Below are positions 46,779 through 56,546 of a DNA stretch of 64,000 bases, one piece after another (the first letter of the stretch is position 1; each line of letters starts with the position of its first letter). The position numbers were made by a program, and so were the translations under genes. Under the pieces are notes generated by a model. It was not told the DNA's origin, ran no database searches, and was given only the letters and a program-made list of their open reading frames with translations. The DNA comes from Candidatus Bathyarchaeota archaeon. GTDB lineage: Archaea; Thermoproteota; Bathyarchaeia; TCS64. Location: NCBI GenBank assembly GCA_016783455.1, contig JADHWN010000007.1, positions 10,710-74,709 on the forward strand, written 5' to 3'.

Positions 46779-48326
46779 GTGAAATGGGGTATCGCTTTAT
46801 TAGGTGACTTCAAGGAACACGTAAGATTTTTAGATACTACTCTCCGTGACGGAGAGCAGACACCCGGCGTCTCCCTGACCCCCGAGAAAAAGCTTGAGAT
46901 AGCCAGGCAGCTGGACAAGCTCGGGGTTGAGGTGATCGAGGCTGGCTTCGCCGTGGTCTCCGAGGGGGAGTCCAAGGGAGTGAAGCTTATCGCCTCGGAG
47001 GGGCTGGACGCCGAGATATGCTCCGCGACGAGGGGCGTGATCAGGGACATCGATATCGCCATCGCATGCGGTGTCGACAGCGTCAACATCATCGTTCCAG
47101 TCTCTGACCTCCACATCGAGCAGAAGCTTGGGAAGACCCGTGAGGAGGTCATCGGCATGATGGAGAAGGCCGTGATCCACGCAAAGGACCACGGCATCAT
47201 CACGGAGCTCTCCACCGAGGACGGCTCCAGGACCGACATGGACTACCTGAAGACGGTCATCCGGCACGCCTTGGACGTGGGATGCGACAGAATCGCCCCA
47301 TGCGACACCGTGGGCATACTGACTCCTGAGAAGTCCTACGGCTGGTTCGCGGATCTCAGGAAGGAGTTCCCGGACGCGTTCTTCAGCGTCCATTGCCACG
47401 ACGACTTCGGCCTCGCCGTCGCCAACTCCATCTCGGCCCTCATGGCCGGGGCGGACCAGGTCCACGGGACCATCAACGGCATCGGCGAGAGGGCTGGGAA
47501 CGCCTCCCTCGAGGAGATCGCCGTCACACTCAGGGTGCTCTACAACGTTAAGCACAGCGTCAAGACGGAGTTCCTCTACGAGACGTCGCAGCTGGTCTCC
47601 CGCCTCACCCACATGCACGTGCAGCCCAACAAGGCCATAGTGGGTAAGAACGCCTTCGCCCACGAGTCGGGGATCCACACACACGCCATCTTGAGGAACC
47701 CCCTGACCTACGAGGCTATCGACCCGGAGCTGGTGGGGGCTGTGAGGCACATCGTCTCTGGGAAGCACGCTGGCTCGGCGGGGCTGAACAGCAGCCTGGA
47801 GGACATGGGCCTGGCTCCCTCGGAGGAGGAGTTCAGCGAGATCCTCAGGGTGGTGAAGGCGAGGGGCGATGACGGGGAGAGGGTGACCGACGCCGACCTC
47901 CTGGACATCGCGAGGGACGTGATGTCCCTGGAGATGGTGAACCCCCTGAACCTGGAGGAGTTCATCGTCACCACGGGGAACAAGATCACCCCCACGTCGT
48001 CCGTGAAGCTGAGGCTCAACGGCGACTCGTTCATCGAGGCGGCCACGGGGAACGGCCCGGTGGATGCCACACTCAACGCCGTGAACAAGGCCATCAGCCC
48101 CAGTGCTCGCGCGATCCTGGACACCTACAGCGTCGAGGCCATCACCGGTGGCACAGACGCAATGGTGAACGTCGAGGTGAGGCTGAGGCGGGGCGACCGG
48201 CTGGTGACCGCGAAGGGGGTCAACGAGGACATAGTGATGGCGAGCATAGAGGCTTACCTCAACGGGATGAACGTTCTCCTGCTGCAGGAGGAGCACCCCG
48301 AGAAGAGATGGACAGTCAAAAAGTAG
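46779..48326 (+). CDS. LeuA/CimA-family synthase 2
   Basis: 'LDTTLRDGEQTPGV', 'HCHDDFGLAVANSI'. Paralog of the previous gene. Confidence 0.88.
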   Translation: MKWGIALLGDFKEHVRFLDTTLRDGEQTPGVSLTPEKKLEIARQLDKLGVEVIEAGFAVVSEGESKGVKLIASEGLDAEICSATRGVIRDIDIAIACGVDSVNIIVPVSDLHIEQKLGKTREEVIGMMEKAVIHAKDHGIITELSTEDGSRTDMDYLKTVIRHALDVGCDRIAPCDTVGILTPEKSYGWFADLRKEFPDAFFSVHCHDDFGLAVANSISALMAGADQVHGTINGIGERAGNASLEEIAVTLRVLYNVKHSVKTEFLYETSQLVSRLTHMHVQPNKAIVGKNAFAHESGIHTHAILRNPLTYEAIDPELVGAVRHIVSGKHAGSAGLNSSLEDMGLAPSEEEFSEILRVVKARGDDGERVTDADLLDIARDVMSLEMVNPLNLEEFIVTTGNKITPTSSVKLRLNGDSFIEAATGNGPVDATLNAVNKAISPSARAILDTYSVEAITGGTDAMVNVEVRLRRGDRLVTAKGVNEDIVMASIEAYLNGMNVLLLQEEHPEKRWTVKK

Positions 48327-48341
48327 GAGAAATGTACAGAC

Positions 48342-49598
48342 ATGGGTTACACAGTATCAGAGAAGATCCTAGCCAGGGCATCGGGTAAGGAAGAGGCCAG
48401 GGCTGGGGAGATAGTCAAGGCCAGCGTGGACGTGGCGATGATGCCGGACCTGACCACGATCCTGGCCGTCAACGCGATGAAGGCTATGGGCGTCGAGAAG
48501 ATCTGGGACACGGACAAGGTCGTCATAATACTGGACCACGTCGCGCCCGCGTCGACGCTCCTGGCCGCGGAGATCCACAGGGACATCCGGAAGTTCGCGA
48601 AGGAGCAGGAGCTGAAGCACCTCTACGACGTGAACTCGGGGGTCTGCCACCAGGTCCTCCCGGAGAAGGGGCACGTGAAGCCCGGGAGGCTGGTGATTGG
48701 GGCCGACTCCCACACCTGCACCCACGGGGCCTTCGGGGCCTTCGCGACCGGCGTTGGCTCAACGGACATGGGCGCCATCCTGGCGACGGGGAAGACCTGG
48801 CTCAGGGTCCCCGAGACCATCAAGGTCAAGGTGGACGGGAGGCTGCCCGACTGGGTGGCCCCCAAGGACGTCATCCTCCACACTGCTGGCCAGATCGGGG
48901 CCGACGGGGCCACGTATGATGCGTTGGAGTTCGCCGGGGAGACTATCAAGGACATGAGTGTCTCCGGAAGGATGACCCTCTGCAATATGGCGATAGAGAT
49001 GGGGGGCAAGGCGGGCATCGTGGAGCCCGACGACAAGACCTTCGACTTCCTCAACGAGAGGACGGACGGCGTCTACGATCCTGTCCACGCTGACGATAAC
49101 GCAGTCTACAAGAGCACGCTCAACGTGGACGCCGAGTCGCTGGAGCCCCAGATAGCGTGCCCCCACAAGGTGGACAACGTGAAGCCTATCAGCGAGGTCG
49201 CCGGTCTCAAGATCAACCAGGCCTTCGTGGGCTCGTGCACCAACGGGCGCCTCGAGGACTTGGAGGTAGCGGCTTCCATACTGCAGGGCAGGAGCGTGCA
49301 CGAGGATGTCAGGCTCCTAGTCGTGCCAGCGTCTGCGGAGGTCTATCTCCAGGCCTTGGATTCCGGTGTGATCCAGGATCTGGTCGAGGCGGGGGCGATG
49401 TTCAGCAACCCGAGCTGCGGGGCCTGCTTCGGGGGCCACATCGGCCTCCTGGCTCCTGGTGAGGTGGGCCTTACCTCTTCCAACAGGAACTTCAGGGGGA
49501 GGCAGGGCAGCCCAGAGGCGTGGGTCTATCTGGCCTCTCCAGCTGTGACCGCGGCGTCGGCCGTGGCTGGCGAGATAACCCATCCGAGGGACCTATGA
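48342..49598 (+). CDS. leuC: 3-isopropylmalate/(homo)aconitate dehydratase large subunit
   Basis: 'GADSHTCTHGAFGAFA', 'GSCTNGR', 'CGAC' aconitase motifs. Confidence 0.9.
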   Translation: MGYTVSEKILARASGKEEARAGEIVKASVDVAMMPDLTTILAVNAMKAMGVEKIWDTDKVVIILDHVAPASTLLAAEIHRDIRKFAKEQELKHLYDVNSGVCHQVLPEKGHVKPGRLVIGADSHTCTHGAFGAFATGVGSTDMGAILATGKTWLRVPETIKVKVDGRLPDWVAPKDVILHTAGQIGADGATYDALEFAGETIKDMSVSGRMTLCNMAIEMGGKAGIVEPDDKTFDFLNERTDGVYDPVHADDNAVYKSTLNVDAESLEPQIACPHKVDNVKPISEVAGLKINQAFVGSCTNGRLEDLEVAASILQGRSVHEDVRLLVVPASAEVYLQALDSGVIQDLVEAGAMFSNPSCGACFGGHIGLLAPGEVGLTSSNRNFRGRQGSPEAWVYLASPAVTAASAVAGEITHPRDL

Positions 49599-50104
49599 TG
49601 GCAGGGATGAAGGTGAGCGGGAAGGCGTGGAAGTTCGGTGACGACGTGAACACTGACCTCATCGTCCCCGGCAAGTACTTGGAGCTCGTGGACCCCCACG
49701 AGATGGCCAAGCACGCCATGGAGGGCGTCGATCCCGACTTCCCGGGCAAGGTGAGCGAGGGTGACGTTGTGGTCGGAGGGAGCAACTTCGGATGCGGCTC
49801 CAGCAGGGAGCACGCCGCCATTGCCCTCAAGTACGTGGGCGTGGGCGCCGTGGTCGCCGAGTCCTTCGCCCGGATCTTCTACAGGAACGCGATCAACCTC
49901 GGCCTCCCGGCGCTGGAGTGCCCGGGGATAAGCGAGGCCGTCAGCGAGGGAGACTCCCTGGAGATCGACCTCACGGGGGGCAAGGTGGTGAACGCGACGA
50001 CAGGGAAGGAGCTGGACTTCGTCCCCCTACCCGGGTTCATGGTCGAGGTCCTCGGAGAGGGAGGGCTCGTAACGTATATCAGGAATCACCTGGATGAGTG
50101 GTAG
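49595..50104 (+). CDS. leuD: 3-isopropylmalate dehydratase small subunit
   Basis: 'KFGDDVNTDLIVPGKY', 'GSNFGCGSSREHA'. ATGA overlap with leuC. Confidence 0.9.
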   Translation: MMAGMKVSGKAWKFGDDVNTDLIVPGKYLELVDPHEMAKHAMEGVDPDFPGKVSEGDVVVGGSNFGCGSSREHAAIALKYVGVGAVVAESFARIFYRNAINLGLPALECPGISEAVSEGDSLEIDLTGGKVVNATTGKELDFVPLPGFMVEVLGEGGLVTYIRNHLDEW

Positions 50105-50106
50105 AT

Positions 50107-51105
50107 ATGGCGAAGTACAAGATAGCTGAGATACCCGGCGACGGGATAGGGCCGGACGTGATGGCTGCGGCCGTCAAGGTCCTGGAGACGCTTGAGGAGA
50201 CACGGGACCTGAGCTTCGAGTTCAACAGGCTCGTGGTCGGCGATGAGCTCAAGGAGAGGACGGGTGTGGCCCTACCTCCTGGGACGATCGACGAGATCAG
50301 GAAGTCCGACGTGGCGCTCTTCGCCGCCGTCGGAGACACGGCGAGGGAGGTCCTCTTGCCCATCAGGCAGCAGCTGGACCTCTACGTGAACCTGAGGCCG
50401 GCGAAGGTCTATCCCAACGTCCCCCACCTCAAGGAGGACGTGGACATCGTCATGGTGCGGGAGAACACCGAGGGCATCTACAAGATGATCGGCGACAGGG
50501 GCGACGGTTGGGGGATCAACGTCAGGGTGATCACCGCGAAGGCCTCGGAGAGGATAGCGAGGTACGCCTTCGAGTACGCCGTAAAGTACGACCGGAAGCT
50601 CGTCACCAGCGTCCACAAATCCAATGTCCTCAACTACAGCTGCGGTGTCTTCCAGGAGGCCTGCCAGCGGGTCGCCGAGGAGTATCCGGGCGTCGAGTTC
50701 AACGAGGTCCTCGTCGACGCGTGCGCCATGAGGCTGATTCTGAGGCCGGAGGCGTTCGACGTCATCGTCACCACCAACCTGTTCGGGGACATCCTCTCCG
50801 ACGAGGCCGCTGGGCTGGTCGGCGGATTGGGGATGACGCCGTCAGGGAACATCGGGGACGACCACGCCATGTTCGAGCCCATCCACGGCACCGCGCCGCG
50901 GCTGGCCGGTACGGGCAGGGCGAACCCCATGGCCACGATTTTGTCGGCGGGGATGATGCTTGACTGGCTGGGCGAGAAGGACTCAGCCGCGGTTGTCGAG
51001 AAGGCGGTGATCGACGTCCTCAAGGAGGCGAAGACGCTGACGCCCGACCTGGGTGGCAGCGCCAAGACGATGGACGTAGCCTCGGCCGTCTGCGAGAAGC
51101 TCTAG
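50107..51105 (+). CDS. leuB: 3-isopropylmalate dehydrogenase
   Basis: 'IPGDGIGPDV', 'VRENTEG', 'NLFGDILSDEAAGLVGGLGM'. Confidence 0.9.
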   Translation: MAKYKIAEIPGDGIGPDVMAAAVKVLETLEETRDLSFEFNRLVVGDELKERTGVALPPGTIDEIRKSDVALFAAVGDTAREVLLPIRQQLDLYVNLRPAKVYPNVPHLKEDVDIVMVRENTEGIYKMIGDRGDGWGINVRVITAKASERIARYAFEYAVKYDRKLVTSVHKSNVLNYSCGVFQEACQRVAEEYPGVEFNEVLVDACAMRLILRPEAFDVIVTTNLFGDILSDEAAGLVGGLGMTPSGNIGDDHAMFEPIHGTAPRLAGTGRANPMATILSAGMMLDWLGEKDSAAVVEKAVIDVLKEAKTLTPDLGGSAKTMDVASAVCEKL

Positions 51106-51248
51106 GGCCCCAATATCCCCTCTTTTCATGGGATAGTCCCCTTTCTTCTTTCTATTGGGTTAACCCTGAGTGATTCTTTGGTATTCCAGAAAAGTTTTAA
51201 GCAGGAACCCCCCATGAGATGGATGCTTGGAGTGAATTGGCATGACAG

Positions 51249-51731
51249 GTGAATATTTCCTCCATCGATAAGACAGAATTCTACCCGACCCCAGAGTTTA
51301 AGAACGTTCTCGCCGCAGCGGAGAGTCTGAAGGCAGAGTATTCTATGCACTGGGCCGGGCAGCTGGATGAGAAGACCCACGGGAGGTTCATGGAGGGGCT
51401 TGAGCTCCTCCGGGAGTCCCTTACAGTACACTACAAGGAGCTCTACGCCAGGGAGCAGGCCCTCGCGGCGGCGGCCTCCGACAGCTACACCGGGAAACAG
51501 AAGACCCTCCTGGTCTGGCTGGCGGGGAACTACGACGGGAGGACCGTCTACACCGCCCTCATAGAGCGCCTCTCGGGGGATCTGGGGATCCCGAAGTCCA
51601 CTGTGAGGTGGAACCTCCGGGGGCTCAGGGAGGCGGGGCTCATCAAGGCCGGGGACAGGGAGAACAAGGGGATCCCTGTAGTCCTCACCGAGATGGGGCA
51701 GCTGATGGCGGAATACATGGCGTCCGAGTGA
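51249..51731 (+). CDS. Winged-helix transcriptional regulator-like protein
   Basis: 'IPKSTVRWNLRGLREAGLI' recognition-helix-like segment. Start is uncertain (GTG). Confidence 0.45.
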   Translation: MNISSIDKTEFYPTPEFKNVLAAAESLKAEYSMHWAGQLDEKTHGRFMEGLELLRESLTVHYKELYAREQALAAAASDSYTGKQKTLLVWLAGNYDGRTVYTALIERLSGDLGIPKSTVRWNLRGLREAGLIKAGDRENKGIPVVLTEMGQLMAEYMASE

Positions 51732-51783
51732 GCTGACACGGAACACATTTAAAGACCGCTGTAATCGATTTGAACGAGGCATC

Positions 51784-52026
51784 ATGACGGTTAAAGCCTA
51801 CATAATGATGAACGCAAAGTCCGGAACCGAGGACGAGATCTGTAAGGAGCTCGCAGAGTACGAGGAGGTCGAGGGGGTGGCCACCATCTACGGCCAGTAC
51901 GACGTGATCATAAAGGTCGCGGCGGAGGACATGCCTGGCCTCGACGACTTCATACTCAACAAGCTGAGGGGAATACCGAACATCATCCTGACCGCGACGA
52001 TGATAATAAACAGGGAGTACCGCTGA
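51784..52026 (+). CDS. Stand-alone Lrp/AsnC ligand-binding (RAM) domain protein
   Basis: 80 aa, 'VKAYIMMNAKSG...VEGVATIYGQYDVIIKV'. Confidence 0.7.
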   Translation: MTVKAYIMMNAKSGTEDEICKELAEYEEVEGVATIYGQYDVIIKVAAEDMPGLDDFILNKLRGIPNIILTATMIINREYR

Positions 52027-52094
52027 GCCTCGTGACGTGTACATCTGGTCAGGCGTAAAGTTTATCTGCGCCTGAGCTTCATTTCCGTCATCCT

Positions 52095-52173
52095 GCCCTG
52101 GTAGTATAGTCAGGCCCAGTATGCTCGGCTGTCACCCGAGCGATCCCGGGTTCGAATCCCGGCCAGGGCGCCA
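52095..52173 (+). tRNA. tRNA-Asp (anticodon GUC), CCA encoded
   Basis: GCCCTGG...CTCGG-CTGTCAC-CCGAG...CCGGGTTCGAATCCCGG-CCAGGGC-G-CCA. Confidence 0.88.
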
Positions 52174-52236
52174 TTCTCTAAATCACGCGGTCGTCGTGTC
52201 ACCTTATAATGGCCTTCGTGGTAATCCTTTTTTGAT

Positions 52237-53295
52237 ATGACCCTTCTCCGTCACAGATTTGGTGGGACAACTTTCGCCAAGGTCGCTGACTCTGGGGATC
52301 TGAAGGAGGCTTTGGACGACCCCTGGATGGAGTCCGAGACCGTTATAGTCAAACCCAACTGGGTGGCTGTCGAGCCCGGGGGCTTCACAGACGGAGAGAT
52401 CATGAGGACGCTGTTCGAGGCGCTGGACTCCCGGATCGTGGTGACAGAGTCCCTGCACCTGGGGCGCGCCTTCAACCTCCTCCCGGACGGGATGGCGTTC
52501 ACAGTTGATGGGGAGAAGGTGAACTGGCGCTGGCTCCTCAAGGGCGACGGGTGGAAGTGGCTCTACGACGAGCCCGACTGGGGCTGGTTCAGGGAGGGGG
52601 GCCACTGGGAGCAGATCGTGAGGGAGGACGAGGCCTTCCTCGACGAGCAGGGGTTCACCGACCTCTTCGAGGAGTTCGGCGTGGAGTACGTCAACACAAC
52701 TGATGAGGTCTGGAGGGGCAGGCACGCGGACCCAGTGGAGGTTAAGGAGGCCGTGGAGTCCCGCTTCAGGCCAGTCCAGTTCGAGAGGCTTTACGGGATG
52801 ATCCCGCAGAGGCTCTACGACCTGCGGGGGTCGACGTTCATAAGCCTCGCACGGCTGAAGCAGTACGCCACGTTCACCCTGAAGAACATGTTCGGGCTGA
52901 TAGTGGACCCCATGAGGTCATGGTGGCACGGACCGGGAAACGACAGGATAGCCCCGAGCATCGTGGGCATCAACAAAGTCTACCACTCGCTCTTCAACGT
53001 CTACGGCGTGACGACCTCCCTCCACGGGACGGCCGTGCCCAACCCCGACGGGGAGCACCAGGGGGAGTACATGGGGAGATTCGACGTGGTCGAGGGCTTG
53101 GGCTTCGTGGCCTGCGGGAGGGACCTGGTGTCCATCGACTCCCTCCTCATGGGGCTTACGGAGGGCAGGATTGGGGTCGCTGAGAGGGTCAACCGTGAGC
53201 CCATCCGCCTTGCCGAGGAGGAGGGGCTTGGGGTCTCCGACGGTGGGGCCCTGGAGGAGGCGAGGGCGAAGGTCGGGGGCTGGTTCACCCCGTAA
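52237..53295 (+). CDS. DUF362-like protein
   Basis: 'VIVKPNWVAVEPGGFTDGEIMRTLFEAL' resembles the DUF362 N-terminal motif. Confidence 0.5.
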   Translation: MTLLRHRFGGTTFAKVADSGDLKEALDDPWMESETVIVKPNWVAVEPGGFTDGEIMRTLFEALDSRIVVTESLHLGRAFNLLPDGMAFTVDGEKVNWRWLLKGDGWKWLYDEPDWGWFREGGHWEQIVREDEAFLDEQGFTDLFEEFGVEYVNTTDEVWRGRHADPVEVKEAVESRFRPVQFERLYGMIPQRLYDLRGSTFISLARLKQYATFTLKNMFGLIVDPMRSWWHGPGNDRIAPSIVGINKVYHSLFNVYGVTTSLHGTAVPNPDGEHQGEYMGRFDVVEGLGFVACGRDLVSIDSLLMGLTEGRIGVAERVNREPIRLAEEEGLGVSDGGALEEARAKVGGWFTP

Positions 53296-53343
53296 TCTCA
53301 GCGTATCCTCAGAGGATTATGTTTAGGTCTCGAGTTCAGGGTG

Positions 53344-53355
53344 TCGCGCGCGCGA
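53344..53355. repeat. 12-bp palindrome TCGCGCGCGCGA in a convergent spacer
   Basis: Same 13-mer TCGCGCGCGCGAG as at 38248. Flanked by the 8-bp inverted repeat CAGCGTAT (53299-53306) / ATACGCTG (53384-53391). Confidence 0.9.
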
Positions 53356-53456
53356 GCCCCCTGCTACTGGCTGCGTCCTTGGAATACGCTGTAGACCCTA
53401 AAAATCTGAAAAAAAGAGGGTTGGAGAGATTCCTGAGTCTCCAGATTCTCAGCGGA

Positions 53457-55238
53457 TTAGAGGGTCTCCTCGAGCGTGTCGATGAACTCCTCGACCTGCT
53501 TCATGCCCTTCATCCAGAACTCCTCCGTCCTGATGTCGAACCCCAGCTCCTCGCCGAGTTGCCACGGCGACCTGCTGGAGCCCGCGGCCAGCAGGTTATT
53601 CATCTTGGGGGCGAACGCCTCGCCCTGCTCCTTGTAGAGGCGGTAGAGGGCGAAGACGAAGAGCTTGGCGAAGACGTATGGGTAGTTGTAGAAGCGACGG
53701 TTGGGCATGTAGTAGTGCACCTTCATGGTCCACTCCCACTTCATCACCTCCAGCCAGTCCACGGCGTCCCCGTAGATCTTGTCCCGGGCCGCGGTCCAGA
53801 GGTCTGCGACGGTCTCCCCGTCCAGGAATCTACCCTCTTCGATGGCGTCGTACATGCTCTGCTCGAAGAAGACCCTGGCCGAGACCTGAAAGGCGCTCAT
53901 GCCGAAGCTGTCCAGCACGGTGGCTAGGAAGGCCTGCTTCTCCTCCTTCGTGGTCGCTTTGGAGAGCAGCCTTTCGTTGAGGAGGAGCTCGCCGAAGTTG
54001 CTGCCGCACTCGGCTATGCAGCTCCCTATCTTGTAGTTGCTGGGCTTCTGGGCCCTGGAGCCTAGGTGGGCGTGGATGGCGTGACCCATCTCGTGGGCCT
54101 GGGTGCGGACGTTCCCCACGAAGCCGTTGAAGCTCTGCAGTATGTAGGCGGTCTTCCCCGCGAGCCAAGTGGAGCTGAACGCCCCCGATCTCTTCCCCTT
54201 CCTCACCTCCCCGTCTATGTGGCGCTTCTCGAACATCTCATCTGCCCAGCCCCCGAGCTGCCGGTCGAACTCGGTGTAGGCTGCGACAACCTCGTCCCTG
54301 GACTCCCTCCAGCTGTACTTCATCTCGGGGACCTGTGGCAAGGGAGCGACGATGTCGTAGTTGGCCAGCTTCTCCAGGCCCATCAGCCTGGCCTTCAGCC
54401 TAAGGTACCGCTGGTAGAGGCCCGTGCTCTTCAGGATGGTGCTCATCAGGCTGTCGATGGTCTCCTGGTCGACGTCGTTGGCGATGAGACTCTGGGTCAT
54501 CGGGGAGGGGTACCCCCTGAAGCCGCAGATCTGGAGATGGTCGGCGCAGACGGACCGGACGGCGCTGGCCCAGACTATCTCGTCTTTGCCCAGTTCCTCG
54601 TAGACGACCTGGTTCGCCCTCATCCGGAGGTCACGGTCGGGGCTCTGGTAGAGGCCGATTATCTCCCCATAGGGCATGGTCTTCTTCTCGCCTTCTACCT
54701 CGACCTCGAATGTTCGGGTGGAGAGCCAGTCGTTCTGGAGCTGCTGCCATGCGTAGACGCCGTTCTTGTCCTTGGCGAGTATCAGTCTCTCCTCTTCCTC
54801 CGAGAGCATGTGGGGCACCCGCCTCAGGATCCTCTCTAGGTAGTGCTCGTACTCCGCGAGGGCGGGGTCCTCGACGAGGGCTGGGTTGCCGGCCAGGAGC
54901 TTGCCCATCTCGATGTCGACGAATGCCAGGGTCTGGTCCCTCTTCATGATGGCGGTGCGGGAGGCGTCGTTGAGCTGCTTGGCGGTGTCGTCGAGGGCGT
55001 TGGCGGAATAGAGCAGCCTGCAGTATAGGGTCACGCCCCCGTACTTGAGGGTCATGGAGTCGTTCAGCTCCAAGAGCTCCAGGAGGCCCTTGGCGTCCAA
55101 GCTAACGATTTTGCCGTAATACTTCTCTCGGATCTTCTCGGCCTCAGCCACCATGGATTCCAGCGTCTGCCTTACAGACGCCGAGTCCGTGCTCTCGACC
55201 AGCTGAGATAGATCCCATCTCATCTCTTCTACACTCAT
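53457..55238 (-). CDS. pepF: Oligoendopeptidase F (M3B)
   Basis: 593 aa, 'HEMGHAIH' zinc motif, PepF-type N-terminal domain. Confidence 0.9.
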   Translation of the reverse strand: MSVEEMRWDLSQLVESTDSASVRQTLESMVAEAEKIREKYYGKIVSLDAKGLLELLELNDSMTLKYGGVTLYCRLLYSANALDDTAKQLNDASRTAIMKRDQTLAFVDIEMGKLLAGNPALVEDPALAEYEHYLERILRRVPHMLSEEEERLILAKDKNGVYAWQQLQNDWLSTRTFEVEVEGEKKTMPYGEIIGLYQSPDRDLRMRANQVVYEELGKDEIVWASAVRSVCADHLQICGFRGYPSPMTQSLIANDVDQETIDSLMSTILKSTGLYQRYLRLKARLMGLEKLANYDIVAPLPQVPEMKYSWRESRDEVVAAYTEFDRQLGGWADEMFEKRHIDGEVRKGKRSGAFSSTWLAGKTAYILQSFNGFVGNVRTQAHEMGHAIHAHLGSRAQKPSNYKIGSCIAECGSNFGELLLNERLLSKATTKEEKQAFLATVLDSFGMSAFQVSARVFFEQSMYDAIEEGRFLDGETVADLWTAARDKIYGDAVDWLEVMKWEWTMKVHYYMPNRRFYNYPYVFAKLFVFALYRLYKEQGEAFAPKMNNLLAAGSSRSPWQLGEELGFDIRTEEFWMKGMKQVEEFIDTLEETL

Positions 55239-55370
55239 GGTGATTAATCGATCTGTTATTGATTTATTATTACTTATGAGTTATACGGTTAGAGTAATCT
55301 GCCTCTTCTTCCCAGCCCTACGCAGGGATAGCGGAATGGAAGACATACAATGTCTGTTCTGAAGCATGAC

Positions 55371-55377
55371 AAAAAAA
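55371..55377 (-). terminator. T7 run downstream of the tautomerase-like remnant and asparaginase unit
   Basis: Minus strand reads TCCTTTTTTTGTC, followed by an AGACAT/ATGTCT hairpin. Confidence 0.4.
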
Positions 55378-55397
55378 GGAGATGATAGTTCTGCTTC

Positions 55398-55540
55398 CTA
55401 GCCGTAGGGTTTTCCGCCCCTGCCCCACTGGGTCTTGGGGACGTCCTCGATGATTACAGTGACGGCCTCCGTGGGGCATCCGCGCTCCTCGCAGATGGCT
55501 TTGCGCGCGCGGCCTTGTGGAAATCTTCGGAAATAGGCAC
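55398..55540 (-). pseudogene. 4-oxalocrotonate-tautomerase-like remnant, frame broken at a (GC)n tract
   Basis: The 3' frame reads KAICEERGCPTEAVTVIIEDVPKTQWGRGGKPYG*. The upstream frame reads (GTG)MPISEDFHKAARA. The two frames differ by 2 nt across GCGCGCGCG, and the beta-1 strand seems to be missing. Confidence 0.35.
55503..55511. repeat. (GC)4G tract at a composition junction
   Basis: GC-rich sequence lies to the left and AT-rich sequence to the right. The tract is inside the tautomerase-like remnant. Confidence 0.9.
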
Positions 55541-55556
55541 GAGTGTGTGTTCTTTA

Positions 55557-56501
55557 TTATTTTCTTACCCATGTGCCTTTTCTAGTCTCGACATCCACGC
55601 AATCAAGATCATAATAATAGTATGGAACTTCTCGGTGGGTTGCGGCTCCACCAGTATTTCCAAATGCGTCAATGGCTATTACGTTCATGCTCGGTGTTTC
55701 CAATATTTCATGTATCTCTTTCATTGACTCCTCGCATGCTCTAAGTGGACCCATCCCTGTCTTCATGTACGCTACCACCGCTCTCGCTGTGCCGTTTCTA
55801 ATGGCAAGCTCACCAGTTCCTGTACATGTTGCCGCACCATACCTGTTGTCACAATAGTTTCCTGCGCCGATAATCGGGCTATCGCCGACTCTCCCAGGTA
55901 GTTTCAGGTATGTGCCACTTGTGGTCACTCCCGATGCCATGTTTGATGAGGAGTCCAATGCAATGACGTTGACGGTGCCCCTCATGTGGTCTTTGAGTTT
56001 CTCATACCACGTCTCCATATCGTATTCCTGTTCGTCTTCTCTGAGGTATCCGATATCCACATCATATTCCGGTCCCAGCGTGTGGAGTCTCTTCTCCACA
56101 AATGCCCTGTAGAACTCTCGCGAGTAGTCTGTTGATAGCGTTGTCCTTTTGAACCCTTTCTGTGAGGCAAAGAGCTCCGCCCCTTCACCGACCAACATGA
56201 CATGGGGGCTCTCCTCCATGACCTTCCTCGCAATGGATATTACATGTAGATAGTTCTTGATGTCGGCTACAGCCCCTGCGTTCAGTGTTCTCCCATCCAT
56301 TATTGAGGCATCCAAGGTGACCTGCCCCGCGAGGTTTGGTATGCCACCGAGCCCCACGCCGTGGTCTTCAGGGTCTGCTTCAACTGCTCTACAGGTAACC
56401 TCAACAGCGTCCAGGGCTGTTCCCCTGTCTCCTAGGATCTCGAGGCCGATTTGGAGGTATTTCTGTGCGCTTTCCGAGCCTATTATGAAAGGTTTAACCA
56501 T
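55557..56501 (-). CDS. Ntn-hydrolase of the asparaginase_2 family (isoaspartyl peptidase/L-asparaginase-like)
   Basis: 'GTVNVIALD' nucleophile context, 'GRVGDSPIIGAG', 'TGTGE'. Confidence 0.8.
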   Translation of the reverse strand: MVKPFIIGSESAQKYLQIGLEILGDRGTALDAVEVTCRAVEADPEDHGVGLGGIPNLAGQVTLDASIMDGRTLNAGAVADIKNYLHVISIARKVMEESPHVMLVGEGAELFASQKGFKRTTLSTDYSREFYRAFVEKRLHTLGPEYDVDIGYLREDEQEYDMETWYEKLKDHMRGTVNVIALDSSSNMASGVTTSGTYLKLPGRVGDSPIIGAGNYCDNRYGAATCTGTGELAIRNGTARAVVAYMKTGMGPLRACEESMKEIHEILETPSMNVIAIDAFGNTGGAATHREVPYYYYDLDCVDVETRKGTWVRK

Positions 56502-56546
56502 ACATTTCTCACGCTTGGATGAAGTATAAATGATTCATCCATCACA

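Noticed and set aside
45103-48326. Two adjacent LeuA-family paralogs as a possible novelty.
   Set aside because: A tandem of isopropylmalate synthase with citramalate or homocitrate synthase upstream of leuCDB is a common archaeal arrangement. Specificity cannot be assigned from sequence by eye.
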